A stretch of DNA of 64,000 bases from an uncultured Lentisphaeria bacterium (GCA_964578155.1 CAZOBQ010000002.1:54872-118871), one strand, 5' to 3'. Shown: positions 16,916 to 26,941, counted from the stretch's first letter. Notes: generated by a model not told the origin, from the sequence alone. Numbers and translations are program-made.

Positions 16916-18739
16916 ATGTTGAAACTTGATGATATAAAGAAACCAGCTCTCCTCGTAGAACAAAAGGGCTCCATCCAATTACTCACTGGAGAACTAAGAC
17001 GATACAGGTCCCTTGCAGACCTGGACAGGCTACAACAGACCCATTCCGGCGATATTGCTTTCGTTGCTCCTTTTTGTGCAGCTCGAGACAATGGTATGAA
17101 AGCTGTAGGCGATGAAGATCTGCTGGTTCTGCTATCCGAGGATAAACGTGAGATTCAAGCGGAGGAACTAGAAGCATTAACTCTAGGACAGGACTTGAAA
17201 TTCGAGAGCAATTTTCTTCCAGATCAGGACGATGATCATTTTGCAAAAGAAGTACAAAAAATTCAGGACGAAGAAATAGCCGGAGGAAATGCATGTCAGG
17301 TAATCTATTCCAGACGGTTCAAGGCCAAATTAGATGACATGTCTCCCATGGCACCCCTGGTCCTGTTTCAGCGATTGTTACAGCAGAAAGGGCAGTACCT
17401 GACCTTTTTATTTTCCGATGGTGAGGGTCACTATTTTGTAGGTGCTTCACCGGAACGACAACTTGAAATACATGATGAGATTGTAATCAAGAACCCAATT
17501 TCCGGAACTTTGCCCAAAGGGAATAGAGAAAACTTCAAAGCTGAACTGGACGCATTCCTTCAAGATCAAAAAGAGATCAATGAACTTTCCCAGATTTTGG
17601 ATGAAGAGCTAAAAATTATGGCTCAGATCTGTCCTCGTGGCGGGAAGATCACAGGCCCCTTTCTCAGAGAAACGGGATCCGTTATCCATACTGAATATCG
17701 CCTTGAGGGACACTCGAAGAAATCAGCGGTTCATGCTCTGACGCTCTCTCTTCATGCACCCACTCTGGTTGGCAGCCCCCTGGAAAGCGCTTTCAGGATT
17801 ATAGCCAAAAGAGAGACTTCATCTCGTCGCTATTATGGAGGAGAAATCGGTGTTATTCGTCCAAATGGTGATATGTATAGCGCCATTATGATCAGAACGG
17901 CCGAGATTTTTGCCAATGGAGAAATTGCGATTCAAGCCGGGGCAGGTATTGTTAAAGATTCTGATCCGTACAAAGAAGCTCGGGAGACTGAGGCAAAAGC
18001 CGCAGGGCTTATTGCTGCGCTAAGAGGGGATTCGGCCTCTGTTGAAACCTTTCTGACACCAGAGCTTAGAGATGAGATTAACCATTCTCTAAAACAACGA
18101 AACCAGACCTTCTCTTCATTTCACTTTGAAGATCAGATCGACCACCTGATCAAACATGATGCTTTCGATCGCAAGATAACCATCATTAATAATGAAGACA
18201 ATTTTGCCCACATCCTGAGTCACTTGACTCACCACATGGGTTATGACACTCGCGTGGTTGACACCTTTGACTATTCACAGGCAGAAGATGATTCCGATAT
18301 TGTTGTCATTGGACCAGGGCCAGGCGATATTAATGACCTAGGTAACGATCGGATGGTACGATTAAATAAAATCACAAACGAATTGCTGACTGCCAGGAGA
18401 CCCATTCTAGGCGTTTGTCTAGGACTACAGGCTATTGCAAAAGATTTAGGGATGCCAGTCGAGAAGCAGAGGGTCCCAAGCCAGGGCGTGCAAAAGGAGA
18501 TCGATCTTTTTGGTGCTATTGAGAAGGTAGGAATGTATAATTCATTCTCACCAATGGCGGACAATGTGCCAGAGGGTGTGGAGGTCAGCGTCGACAGTGA
18601 TCAGCGTATTATGGCCTTAAAACGTGAACACTTATTTGGGATGCAATTTCATGCTGAGTCTGCCATGACCCAAAATGGGTATCGGATTATATCGGAAATC
18701 CTCAGCCAACTACCAGTCAAGAAAGAAGCCCTCGTATGA
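16916..18739 (+). CDS. trpEG: Fused anthranilate synthase: chorismate-binding component I plus glutamine amidotransferase component II
   Basis: 607 aa. The N-terminal chorismate-utilising domain has PISGT, GGEIGVI and IQAGAGIV. The C-terminal class-I GATase has GVCLGLQ and GMQFHAES. It is the first gene of the trp operon. Confidence 0.8.
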   Translation: MLKLDDIKKPALLVEQKGSIQLLTGELRRYRSLADLDRLQQTHSGDIAFVAPFCAARDNGMKAVGDEDLLVLLSEDKREIQAEELEALTLGQDLKFESNFLPDQDDDHFAKEVQKIQDEEIAGGNACQVIYSRRFKAKLDDMSPMAPLVLFQRLLQQKGQYLTFLFSDGEGHYFVGASPERQLEIHDEIVIKNPISGTLPKGNRENFKAELDAFLQDQKEINELSQILDEELKIMAQICPRGGKITGPFLRETGSVIHTEYRLEGHSKKSAVHALTLSLHAPTLVGSPLESAFRIIAKRETSSRRYYGGEIGVIRPNGDMYSAIMIRTAEIFANGEIAIQAGAGIVKDSDPYKEARETEAKAAGLIAALRGDSASVETFLTPELRDEINHSLKQRNQTFSSFHFEDQIDHLIKHDAFDRKITIINNEDNFAHILSHLTHHMGYDTRVVDTFDYSQAEDDSDIVVIGPGPGDINDLGNDRMVRLNKITNELLTARRPILGVCLGLQAIAKDLGMPVEKQRVPSQGVQKEIDLFGAIEKVGMYNSFSPMADNVPEGVEVSVDSDQRIMALKREHLFGMQFHAESAMTQNGYRIISEILSQLPVKKEALV

Positions 18740-21057
18740 ATCTAGAGCAATTCATAAACAATAGCATCTCAGGAGAGCTGAGTCTTGATGAGCAAAAACA
18801 ATTTCTTCTGGAGTTGAATGACAAAGGCTTTACCGGAAAAGATATAGCAACCATGGTGAATCTTTTTTACAGTCAGATGCCACAGACCCTGGATCTCCCT
18901 GGAGCAATCGATCTCTGTGGTACCGGTGGTTCCGGCTTATCACGCATCAACACCTCAACCCTCAGCGCCATTGTCCTGGCTGCCTGTGGAGTTCCTGTAG
19001 CGAAACACGGCAATAAAGCTGCCAGTGGTCGTTTTGGGAGTTTTGATCTTCTGGAGGCACTTGGTATAAATATCATGGCGGACAAAAATCGCCTTGAAGA
19101 TCTATATAAGGAATTGGATTTAGCATTTATTTTCGCCAGGAGTTTTCACCCCGTATTTAAACACTTTGCCCAGGTGCGTCAGGAACTCAAAGTAAAAACT
19201 ATCTTTAATATTCTGGGTCCGCTGCTCAACCCGGCTAATACCCAATATCAGATCATTGGGACATCAAACCTGAAAGACATGCGTCTAATCGCAGACGCTG
19301 CGAAAGCCCTTGGGAAGAAACATGTACTCGTCCTCAATGGAAGTGATGGTCTTGACGAACTGACCTTAACAGGAGAAACAGCCGCTTTAGAACTGCGAGC
19401 CGGTGAAATAGAATCATACAGTCTAAAGCCAGAAGATTTTGGCTTTGAGGCTGTAGACTTTGAACAGATTGAAGGTGGAGATCAGGAGTTTAATGTAAAT
19501 ATTACAAATCAGATACTGGATGGTTCCTGTTCCACGCAACACATGAACCTCGTCCTGGCAAATACAGCCTTGGCCCTCAAGTTTATGGGTAAGGCCAGAA
19601 CATACATAGAGGGAGTAGAGATTGCCAGAGAGGTCATTACCGAAGGCACTGCAGAAGAACTTATTAAAAAATATAGCAGGCTGAGCAACACGGCTGACAT
19701 CCTCTTAGAAATTACGGCTCATAAACGGCAGGAGGTTGACACTTTAAAGAACCTATTGCCGATGACAAAGTTAAAGGGAAGCCTCAAAAAATCAGAGCGT
19801 GATTTTAAGGCAGCGATCGCCATGCCCCCAGCATTGAATCTTATAGCTGAGATTAAACGAAGCTCACCATCGGATAAACATATTTTTACCGGAGACTTCC
19901 AGGCAGACAAGATTGCAGCGGTTTATGAGTCCAGTGGTGCAGATGCAATATCGGTCCTGACTGATGAAAAGTTCTTTAACGGTAGCCTGGAGAACCTGCA
20001 GCTAGCACGTTCGGCAACAAAGAGCATCCCTTTGTTGATGAAGGACTTTATTATCGATGAGTATCAAATATATCTTGCTCGGCATTATGGTGCTGATGCC
20101 ATTCTGCTCATCGCAGCGATTTTATCAAGAGAGGAAATTGATCACTTCATAACTTTGGCAAGATCACTGGATATGGATGTGTTACTAGAAGTACACAACA
20201 AACAGGAGCTGGCAGTTGCCCAAAAAACGAGCGCAGACATCTTTGGAATAAACAATCGAGATTTACATACTTTCTCAATTGACCCAAAAACCTTCTTAAA
20301 ACTCTTTCATCGTATTCCTGGTGGAAATGTTATAGTGGCAGAAAGTGGGTATACAGCAAAGAATACACATACAATCCAAGGCCTGGCAAATGCCGCCCTC
20401 ATAGGTACGTCGATCATGAAAAGCAAAAACATGATCCAGGAAATCCGACACATTAAAACGATGAAGAAGAAGTTTAAAGCTTGTGGCATTCGATCGGTTG
20501 AGGCGGCTGAGTATTGTGAGGTGAATAAGATTGATATGGTTGGCGTTAATTTTGTTCCTGAGAGCAAAAGACGAGTTGATATTGACACAGCAAAAAGCAT
20601 TTGTGAGGTTTTAACAAACACCATCAGCGTGGGTATTTTTCAAGATGAATCTCTCGAAGAAGTTAATAGAATCGCAGAGGAGGTCGGATTGGATTTTGTT
20701 CAACTGTCTGGTATGGAAAGTGCAGCTTATTGTTCTGAAGTGATTCGACCCGTGATTAAAACCGTTAGCATTAACAACAGGAATGCCTTGGCAGAATATG
20801 CAGATGTGGTTTCCATGTTTATCATCGATGGGATTAAACCAGGTTCAGGTGAAGCCTATGATTATTCTGTGCTGAAAGAACTAAACCCAGGTAAACCATT
20901 TCTGGTTGCCGGCGGGGTTAATGAAACCAATGTAGAATCGATATTGACGGAACTGCCTCTAGCTATTGGCGTGGATACAGCCACCGGAATCGAATCTGAT
21001 GGTCAAGTTGATCTAGTCAAAATTGAAAAAATAGCTAGCATGGTTATGAGGTTTTAA
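18736..21057 (+). CDS. trpDCF: Trifunctional TrpD-TrpC-TrpF fusion: anthranilate phosphoribosyltransferase, indole-3-glycerol-phosphate synthase and PRA isomerase
   Basis: 773 aa. TrpD motifs are CGTGGSG and AKHGNKAASG. TrpC motifs are IAEIKRSSPS, ISVLTDEKFFNGS and LLMKDFIIDEYQI. TrpF motifs are KACGI, VGVNF, VQLSG and AGGV. It has an ATGA overlap with the upstream gene. Confidence 0.85.
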   Translation: MNLEQFINNSISGELSLDEQKQFLLELNDKGFTGKDIATMVNLFYSQMPQTLDLPGAIDLCGTGGSGLSRINTSTLSAIVLAACGVPVAKHGNKAASGRFGSFDLLEALGINIMADKNRLEDLYKELDLAFIFARSFHPVFKHFAQVRQELKVKTIFNILGPLLNPANTQYQIIGTSNLKDMRLIADAAKALGKKHVLVLNGSDGLDELTLTGETAALELRAGEIESYSLKPEDFGFEAVDFEQIEGGDQEFNVNITNQILDGSCSTQHMNLVLANTALALKFMGKARTYIEGVEIAREVITEGTAEELIKKYSRLSNTADILLEITAHKRQEVDTLKNLLPMTKLKGSLKKSERDFKAAIAMPPALNLIAEIKRSSPSDKHIFTGDFQADKIAAVYESSGADAISVLTDEKFFNGSLENLQLARSATKSIPLLMKDFIIDEYQIYLARHYGADAILLIAAILSREEIDHFITLARSLDMDVLLEVHNKQELAVAQKTSADIFGINNRDLHTFSIDPKTFLKLFHRIPGGNVIVAESGYTAKNTHTIQGLANAALIGTSIMKSKNMIQEIRHIKTMKKKFKACGIRSVEAAEYCEVNKIDMVGVNFVPESKRRVDIDTAKSICEVLTNTISVGIFQDESLEEVNRIAEEVGLDFVQLSGMESAAYCSEVIRPVIKTVSINNRNALAEYADVVSMFIIDGIKPGSGEAYDYSVLKELNPGKPFLVAGGVNETNVESILTELPLAIGVDTATGIESDGQVDLVKIEKIASMVMRF

Positions 21058-22293
21058 ATGAGCATTAAATCAACTCTGATAAACAAAGATGGTCACTTCG
21101 GTGAATTCGGGGGACGTTATGTTCCGGAAGTACTGGTGCCTATTATGGATGATCTCAGAGATGAGTTCTTCCGTGCTATTGACGATGAAGAATTTGTAAA
21201 AGAGCTACGCGGTCTTTTCCGCAATTATATAGGCAGACCAACACCACTCTATCATTGTGAAAATCTCTCAGCAAAGCTGGGTGGCGCACAAATCTATCTA
21301 AAAAATGAAGGATTACTTCATACGGGCGCCCATAAGATCAATCACTGTCTGGGACAGGCTTTGATAGCAAAACGAATGGGAAAAAAGAGGGTCATTGCAG
21401 AAACGGGAGCTGGTCAGCATGGCTTGGCCACTGCCACAGTCTGCGCAAAGTTTGGCTTGGAGTGCACGGTCTATATGGGGGCAAAAGATTACCAGAGACA
21501 ACGCCCAAATGTTTTCTGGATGGAGCGCCTGGGAGCTACCGTTATTCCTGTAGAAGAGGGCAGCCAGACTTTAAGAGATGCTATCAACGCCGCCTTGAGA
21601 GATCTTATTTCTCAGCCGGAAGAAACACATTATTTATTGGGTACTGTCTGTGGTCCAAATCCATACCCCTCCATGAATACCTATTTTCAGAAAGTGATAG
21701 GTGAAGAAGTTCGTGCTCAGACTATTGAGCAAACAGGAGCCTTACCTGATTATCTCGTAGCTTGTGTTGGAGGCGGGAGTAACGCTATGGGTTTGTTCTA
21801 TGATTTTATGGATGAAGACTCAGTTAAAATGATAGGCGTTGAAGCTGGCGGAAAGGGTGTCGAAGGGGATGAACATGCCGCTCGATTCGAAGGTGGTGCC
21901 GTCGGTGTGGTTGAGGGATTTAAATCTTATTTTTTGCAAAATGATGATGGCCAATTGTCGGACACTCACAGTATATCAGCTGGTCTTGATTATGCTGGAA
22001 TTGGACCCCAAATAGCCTACTTAAAAGAATCAGGACGAGTTAAGTTTTCTTACGCGAAAGATAAAGAGGTTCTGGAGGCTTATCAGCTTCTGGCAGAGAC
22101 AGAAGGAATATTTGCAGCAATGGAATCAAGTCACGCTGTTTGTGAAGTGTTAAAGCTTGCACCCACTCTAAACAAAGATCAAACAGTTGTCTTTAACTGC
22201 TCGGGCAGGGGAGACAAAGATCTGTTTATTGTCACAAAAGAGTTTAATGATGACACCTTTAACGAATTCTTGTCAGACCAGATAGAATCATGA
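21058..22293 (+). CDS. trpB: Tryptophan synthase beta chain
   Basis: 411 aa: FGEFGGRYVPE, HTGAHKINH, GGGSNAMG. Confidence 0.95.
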   Translation: MSIKSTLINKDGHFGEFGGRYVPEVLVPIMDDLRDEFFRAIDDEEFVKELRGLFRNYIGRPTPLYHCENLSAKLGGAQIYLKNEGLLHTGAHKINHCLGQALIAKRMGKKRVIAETGAGQHGLATATVCAKFGLECTVYMGAKDYQRQRPNVFWMERLGATVIPVEEGSQTLRDAINAALRDLISQPEETHYLLGTVCGPNPYPSMNTYFQKVIGEEVRAQTIEQTGALPDYLVACVGGGSNAMGLFYDFMDEDSVKMIGVEAGGKGVEGDEHAARFEGGAVGVVEGFKSYFLQNDDGQLSDTHSISAGLDYAGIGPQIAYLKESGRVKFSYAKDKEVLEAYQLLAETEGIFAAMESSHAVCEVLKLAPTLNKDQTVVFNCSGRGDKDLFIVTKEFNDDTFNEFLSDQIES

Positions 22294-22324
22294 TTAAGCT
22301 TTGTGAATATGAAATGCTATATAT

Positions 22325-22348
22325 CGTCACCCTGAGCCCGTCGAAGGG
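22325..22348. repeat. Family-U repeat (short form) in the trpB-trpA spacer
   Basis: cgtcaccctgagcccgtcgaaggg. Confidence 0.8.
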
Positions 22349-22390
22349 CCACAGCATCTTTTCTGATTAATGAAATAAAGAAATGTGGTT

Positions 22391-23182
22391 ATGAATAAAT
22401 TAAACATAAAACTAAACGAGATTAAAATATCTAGCAGGCCTGGATTCATGATGCACATCGTAGCCGGTTATCCAAACTTGGTTGACAGTGAATTGATTGC
22501 CCAGAAGATTCTGGCGAGTGGGGCTGATATCCTCGAGGTGCAAATTCCATTCTCTGATCCGGTAGCTGATGGTCCGGTGATCGCTTCTGCCAACGAGGCT
22601 GCCTTGCTTGATGGAGCTACGGTTCGAAAAAGTCTTGATATGATCCAACGTATTGCAGAATCAACTGACAAACCCATCCTGATCATGACCTATTTTAATG
22701 TTATTAATCACTACGGGGTGGAAGCTTTTTGTAAGAAAGCGCTGGCTATTGGTGTTCAAGGTCTCATCGTTCCTGACTATCCCTATGATGAGGATGAGGG
22801 AAATTCACTATTAAAGCATAGTGGAAATAATCACCTCGCTCTGATTCAGGTTATCGCATCCACCACCAGAGATAATCGCATGAAAGCTATTGCAGAAAAG
22901 GCAAGCGGTTTTGTGTATTGCATGGCTCGTACAGGAACTACTGGGAGCAAGACGACCATTGATAAAAACACAACTGACTACCTGGTCAATGTTCGCAAAC
23001 ACACCTCAATCCCAATGGCGGTAGGCTTTGGCTTGTCTGACAGATCTCAAGTTGAAGCACTGAATTCCTATGCTGATATCATGGTTGTGGGTAGTGCTTT
23101 GATCAAGGCCTATACTGATAAACCTCTGGAAGAAGGACTAGATTCGGTGAGACAGTTTATGGAATCCTTGTTGAGCTATTAG
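22391..23182 (+). CDS. trpA: Tryptophan synthase alpha chain
   Basis: LEVQIPFSDPVADGPVI ... GFVYCMARTGTTG ... VGFGL. The ORF track starts at GTG 22385. I prefer the ATG at 22391. Confidence 0.9.
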   Translation: MNKLNIKLNEIKISSRPGFMMHIVAGYPNLVDSELIAQKILASGADILEVQIPFSDPVADGPVIASANEAALLDGATVRKSLDMIQRIAESTDKPILIMTYFNVINHYGVEAFCKKALAIGVQGLIVPDYPYDEDEGNSLLKHSGNNHLALIQVIASTTRDNRMKAIAEKASGFVYCMARTGTTGSKTTIDKNTTDYLVNVRKHTSIPMAVGFGLSDRSQVEALNSYADIMVVGSALIKAYTDKPLEEGLDSVRQFMESLLSY

Positions 23183-23192
23183 AGTGCAGAAC

Positions 23193-23945
23193 TCAGTCTT
23201 TGTATTCCATTTTATAGTATACATTTTTCTCATGAAATGAGTTAGTAGAGATCAATATCTCGGTCTGATGGGTGCGGATTACATTGTCCTTCCCCCGTAA
23301 AAAATCCTCTGCTGAGTTTGGTAACGAATTGAAATCTTCTGTCTGATAGTGCATAGGTATAATAATACTACCATCACATAATTGAGAGACAATCGATTCG
23401 ACAACGCTGCGAGGAATCGTAAATTTACCCCCAACTGGAATAAGAAGAATATCTACACATCCGATTTTCACAACTTGTTCTGCAGATAATTCAGTGCCAA
23501 TATCCCCTAGATGGGCTATTCGTATGTTATCAATTTCCAGAACAAAGATGGAGTTTAGTCCATGATGACCGGGATCATGGTATGAAGCAACATTATATAT
23601 GTGAACACCATTCAATGTGGTGTCGATAAAATTGATCTTTTGATTTCCAGGTAGACAACCTCTTAGACTTGTGAAATCTGGTGCTATGGAACTGGTATTA
23701 TTGTGATCCATATGTTCATGTGAGATAGTTACGATATCTGCTTCTATTCCCACCGGCATTCTATATCCCTTGAACTCTGCCGGATCTGTGATGATTCGAG
23801 TACCTGATGATGTGGTAATAAGAAAAGCCGAATGTCCTAAATATCGCAATTTGACCGTATTGGCTTGTTCAGCACTATTTCCCTGGCTAAGAATAAGAAG
23901 GAGTGCCGTAATTGCGAATACATATTTTGAAGATCGTAGTTTCAT
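23193..23945 (-). CDS. Secreted MBL-fold metallo-hydrolase
   Basis: The HxHxDH motif is present (SHEHMDHN), with later His/Asp ligands. Starting at ATG 23945 gives a signal peptide (MKLRSSKYVFAITALLLILS). Confidence 0.7.
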   Translation of the reverse strand: MKLRSSKYVFAITALLLILSQGNSAEQANTVKLRYLGHSAFLITTSSGTRIITDPAEFKGYRMPVGIEADIVTISHEHMDHNNTSSIAPDFTSLRGCLPGNQKINFIDTTLNGVHIYNVASYHDPGHHGLNSIFVLEIDNIRIAHLGDIGTELSAEQVVKIGCVDILLIPVGGKFTIPRSVVESIVSQLCDGSIIIPMHYQTEDFNSLPNSAEDFLRGKDNVIRTHQTEILISTNSFHEKNVYYKMEYKD

Positions 23946-24043
23946 AAAACTTTTTGCGATACAGAATGTTGTTTCATTTGTTGGACACACTCTTCCGGTA
24001 TTACATAAAACGTACTAAGTCATTGTTGTGCACTTCACGGAAT

Positions 24044-25114
24044 CTATTCATCGTCAAGATCCTTTTTAGCTGACTTGATGAATCGACCAAAGTCGCGGTC
24101 CTTTTTGCGCTTTTCTGCATATGAGGACAGAGAATGCTCGGACTCTCGCCGCAGTTTCAAAAAGTTGGCATAATGCTCAGCATCAATATCGCCCCGCGCC
24201 AAGGCATCCAGCACAGCGCAACCGGGTTCATTGGTGTGTGTACAATCTCGGAACCTACACACCGACGCCAAATCTAAAATGTCTGAGTAGCTTGCTTCGA
24301 TTCCATCCTTCGCACCTATTACGCCGAATTCCCTCATGCCTGGATTGTCAATTACCATTGAGCCATTATCCAAGAGAATGAGTTCCCTCCGCACTGTGGC
24401 ATGTCGTCCTTCACCTGTGCTGCTTACTACTTTTGTCTGCAGCATATCTCGGCCCACAAAGCTATTGATAATGGTGCTCTTCCCAACCCCGGAGGATCCA
24501 ACAAAACAATAGGTCTTACCCGGAGAAAGATTCTTCTTGAGCTCCTCAATGCCTTCTTTTGTAACGTTGCTTATTGTTGCTACTGGCTCCGCAATACCGG
24601 TATTTTTGATTTGCGCAATTTGATCTGCCAAGACTTCCGGTGCAACGAGGTCGGTCTTTGTTAGAAGAATAAAAGGTTTCGCACCGCCATCCTTTACCAT
24701 GACTAAGTAGCGCTCTAGCCTCTTGAGATTAAAGTCATAGTGACATGATTGTACGATAATGACAAAATCGACATTCGCGGCAATCATCTGATATTCAACG
24801 ACCTCTCCTGCTGTCTTGCGGCGCAGATAAGACTTCCGGTCAAAAACCTTGTGAACAACTCCCACTTCATCGGACTCAGATTTTTCCACACAAACCCAAT
24901 CACCAACACACGGTAGCTCAGATGTCGACTTGGACTCATGTCTGTATTTACCGGATAGTTTTGCGCGAAATGAACCATTTTCACCTGCTAGAAGGAGCTG
25001 ATTACGATCAACCGAGACGACGCGGGCTACAGATTTATTTTCATCACAGAGCTTGCTAACTTGTCCCTCAAACCAGCTATCCCAACCAAATGTCTTAAGA
25101 GTCAAGTCTACCAT
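24044..25114 (-). CDS. rsgA: Ribosome small-subunit-dependent GTPase A
   Basis: Circularly permuted GTPase: LTKTDL, GSSGVGKSTIIN, and the zinc knuckle CRFRDCTHTNEPGCAV. Confidence 0.9.
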   Translation of the reverse strand: MVDLTLKTFGWDSWFEGQVSKLCDENKSVARVVSVDRNQLLLAGENGSFRAKLSGKYRHESKSTSELPCVGDWVCVEKSESDEVGVVHKVFDRKSYLRRKTAGEVVEYQMIAANVDFVIIVQSCHYDFNLKRLERYLVMVKDGGAKPFILLTKTDLVAPEVLADQIAQIKNTGIAEPVATISNVTKEGIEELKKNLSPGKTYCFVGSSGVGKSTIINSFVGRDMLQTKVVSSTGEGRHATVRRELILLDNGSMVIDNPGMREFGVIGAKDGIEASYSDILDLASVCRFRDCTHTNEPGCAVLDALARGDIDAEHYANFLKLRRESEHSLSSYAEKRKKDRDFGRFIKSAKKDLDDE

Positions 25115-25394
25115 GCTTTTTGCTCGCTTGTTGAATGCTCATTTACACACCATAGATTAAGAAGGTGCATAACTACGTGCGATGCACTTTTTTCGTAGAT
25201 AGTTCCATTGCCGATTTGTAGTACAGATGGAGAAGAATGGTGTAAGACTGCGAATATAGTTTCAAGCAAACTCCTTACTCATTTGTTAAACAGTGCTGGA
25301 AGGTAGGCATAGGAAATGAAAATAGAAAACTGAAAAATTGGGTTACAGGTATTGGATCGAGATTCATTGGTCTCCTTAGATTCTTGTTCCAGGC

Positions 25395-25490
25395 ACTTCG
25401 ACCCGCTTTCTTTTTCTGTCCTTCGAAAGGGCTTCGAGAACCTCAGCCACCACCTCTGGACGAGCTCCGCCATGGCAGGCAGGCTCAGCT
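25395..25490. repeat. Degenerate cluster of family-U and H-like repeat fragments
   Basis: cttcgacccgc...cttcgaaagggcttcgagaacctcag...tggacgagctccg...ggcaggctcagc. These fragments resemble parts of the U long form and the H loop. Confidence 0.4.
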
Positions 25491-25588
25491 TTCAGTATCG
25501 AAAACCCCAGAAACGCATTGAACTCAAAAACTCATTGAACTCATGAAACCCATTACCCTTTTCCATATTTAGGGTTAATTTTAAGACC

Positions 25589-26926
25589 ATGAATCTTTTC
25601 AATAATAGTGAGAACCCTAGAACCTTACCACCTCTGGCAGAACGGATGCGACCCAATACCCTGGAAGCTTTTTTAGGGCAACACCATCTGGTAGCAGGCG
25701 ACAGACTTTTAGCCAAAGCGCTTAAGTCGGAGCGGCTCTTCTCAATCATCCTCTGGGGACCTCCCGGTTGCGGGAAGACCACCCTGGCTAAGATCATTGC
25801 ACAACAAAGTAAGAGTCAGTATTTTGAACTTTCTGCTGTCTCCGCTGGTGTCAAAGATGTCCGTGAAGCACTGGCAAAAGCCAAGGCATCTAGAGAACTG
25901 GGCCAGTCCAGCCTTATGTTCATTGATGAAATTCATCGCTTTAATAAATCTCAACAGGATGCTCTATTACAGGCAGTGGAGAATGGTATCATCACCTTGA
26001 TCGGAGCCACCACTGAGAATCCAAGTTTTGAGGTGATCTCGCCTCTCTTAAGTCGTTGTCAGGTACTGAAGCTAGATCCACACTCCAAAGAAGATCTAGA
26101 GCAGATTATCAAACGCGCTATCAAGGAAGATCTCTTTCTTAGCACTCAGAAAATTCGATTCCAGAAAGCAGCCAAAGAGCTCCTGGTAGAATCCGTTTCC
26201 GGAGACGCGCGTCGATTGCTGAACGCCCTGGAAATCAGTGTCTCTGTAGCCACTCCTGACAAGGGAGAAGATCAAAGCATCAAGATCACTGAAGACCATA
26301 TAAAAGAGGCTCTGCAAAACAAACACCAACTTTATGATAAAACTGGGGATTATCACTACGATACAATTTCAGCCTTTATTAAAAGTGTCCGCGGCTCGGA
26401 TCCAGATGCTGCTCTTTACTGGTTATCCGTCATGTTGGAGGGGGGAGAGGATCCACTCTTCATCGCCAGGAGACTCATCATATCAGCTTCTGAGGATATT
26501 GGTAATGCTGACCCTCAAGCTTTAACATTGGCTACCTCAGGATTCCAGGCTGTCCATGCCATTGGATTACCGGAAGGTGCCATCGTTTTATCTCAGGTAA
26601 CCACCTATTTAGCCTCTACCTCAAAAAGTAATGCTAGCTATATGGCTTTAAGAAAAGCCCGTGAGTTTGTTAAAACAAAAGGATCTCAGGCAGTCCCTCT
26701 ACATCTCAGGAATGCGCCTACAAGCCTTATGAAAGATCAGGGCTACGGAAAAGGCTATGCCTATCCACATGCACACCCAAATCACTTCATAGTCCAAGAT
26801 TACTTTCCAAAAGAAGTCAGAGATGCTGGTTTTTATAAACCATCTACTGAAGGAATCGAGAAACGTATTTATGAACGTCTGGTAAAACTTTGGGGTTCTC
26901 GTTTTGAGGAACCTTCAGGGTCATAA
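25589..26926 (+). CDS. rarA: Replication-associated recombination protein A (AAA+ ATPase)
   Basis: LAERMRP, Walker A GPPGCGKTT, Walker B FIDEIHRFNK, and the MgsA C-terminal domain YHYDTISAFIKSVRGSDPDAALYWL. Confidence 0.9.
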   Translation: MNLFNNSENPRTLPPLAERMRPNTLEAFLGQHHLVAGDRLLAKALKSERLFSIILWGPPGCGKTTLAKIIAQQSKSQYFELSAVSAGVKDVREALAKAKASRELGQSSLMFIDEIHRFNKSQQDALLQAVENGIITLIGATTENPSFEVISPLLSRCQVLKLDPHSKEDLEQIIKRAIKEDLFLSTQKIRFQKAAKELLVESVSGDARRLLNALEISVSVATPDKGEDQSIKITEDHIKEALQNKHQLYDKTGDYHYDTISAFIKSVRGSDPDAALYWLSVMLEGGEDPLFIARRLIISASEDIGNADPQALTLATSGFQAVHAIGLPEGAIVLSQVTTYLASTSKSNASYMALRKAREFVKTKGSQAVPLHLRNAPTSLMKDQGYGKGYAYPHAHPNHFIVQDYFPKEVRDAGFYKPSTEGIEKRIYERLVKLWGSRFEEPSGS

Positions 26927-26941
26927 CTCATAGAATTCTAC

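Noticed and set aside
25165-25194. Orphan plus-strand terminator-like hairpin (gtgcat...atgcac followed by T6) upstream of rsgA
   Set aside because: The stem is only 6 bp with an 11-nt loop. No plus-strand gene or promoter precedes it. This is too weak to call an sRNA or terminator.
25279-25546. Two overlapping 64-aa ORFs in the rsgA-rarA spacer
   Set aside because: Both are read through degenerate family-U/H repeat fragments, which typically yield spurious peptides such as ..FRRTEKESGSK... There is no start context or recognisable domain.
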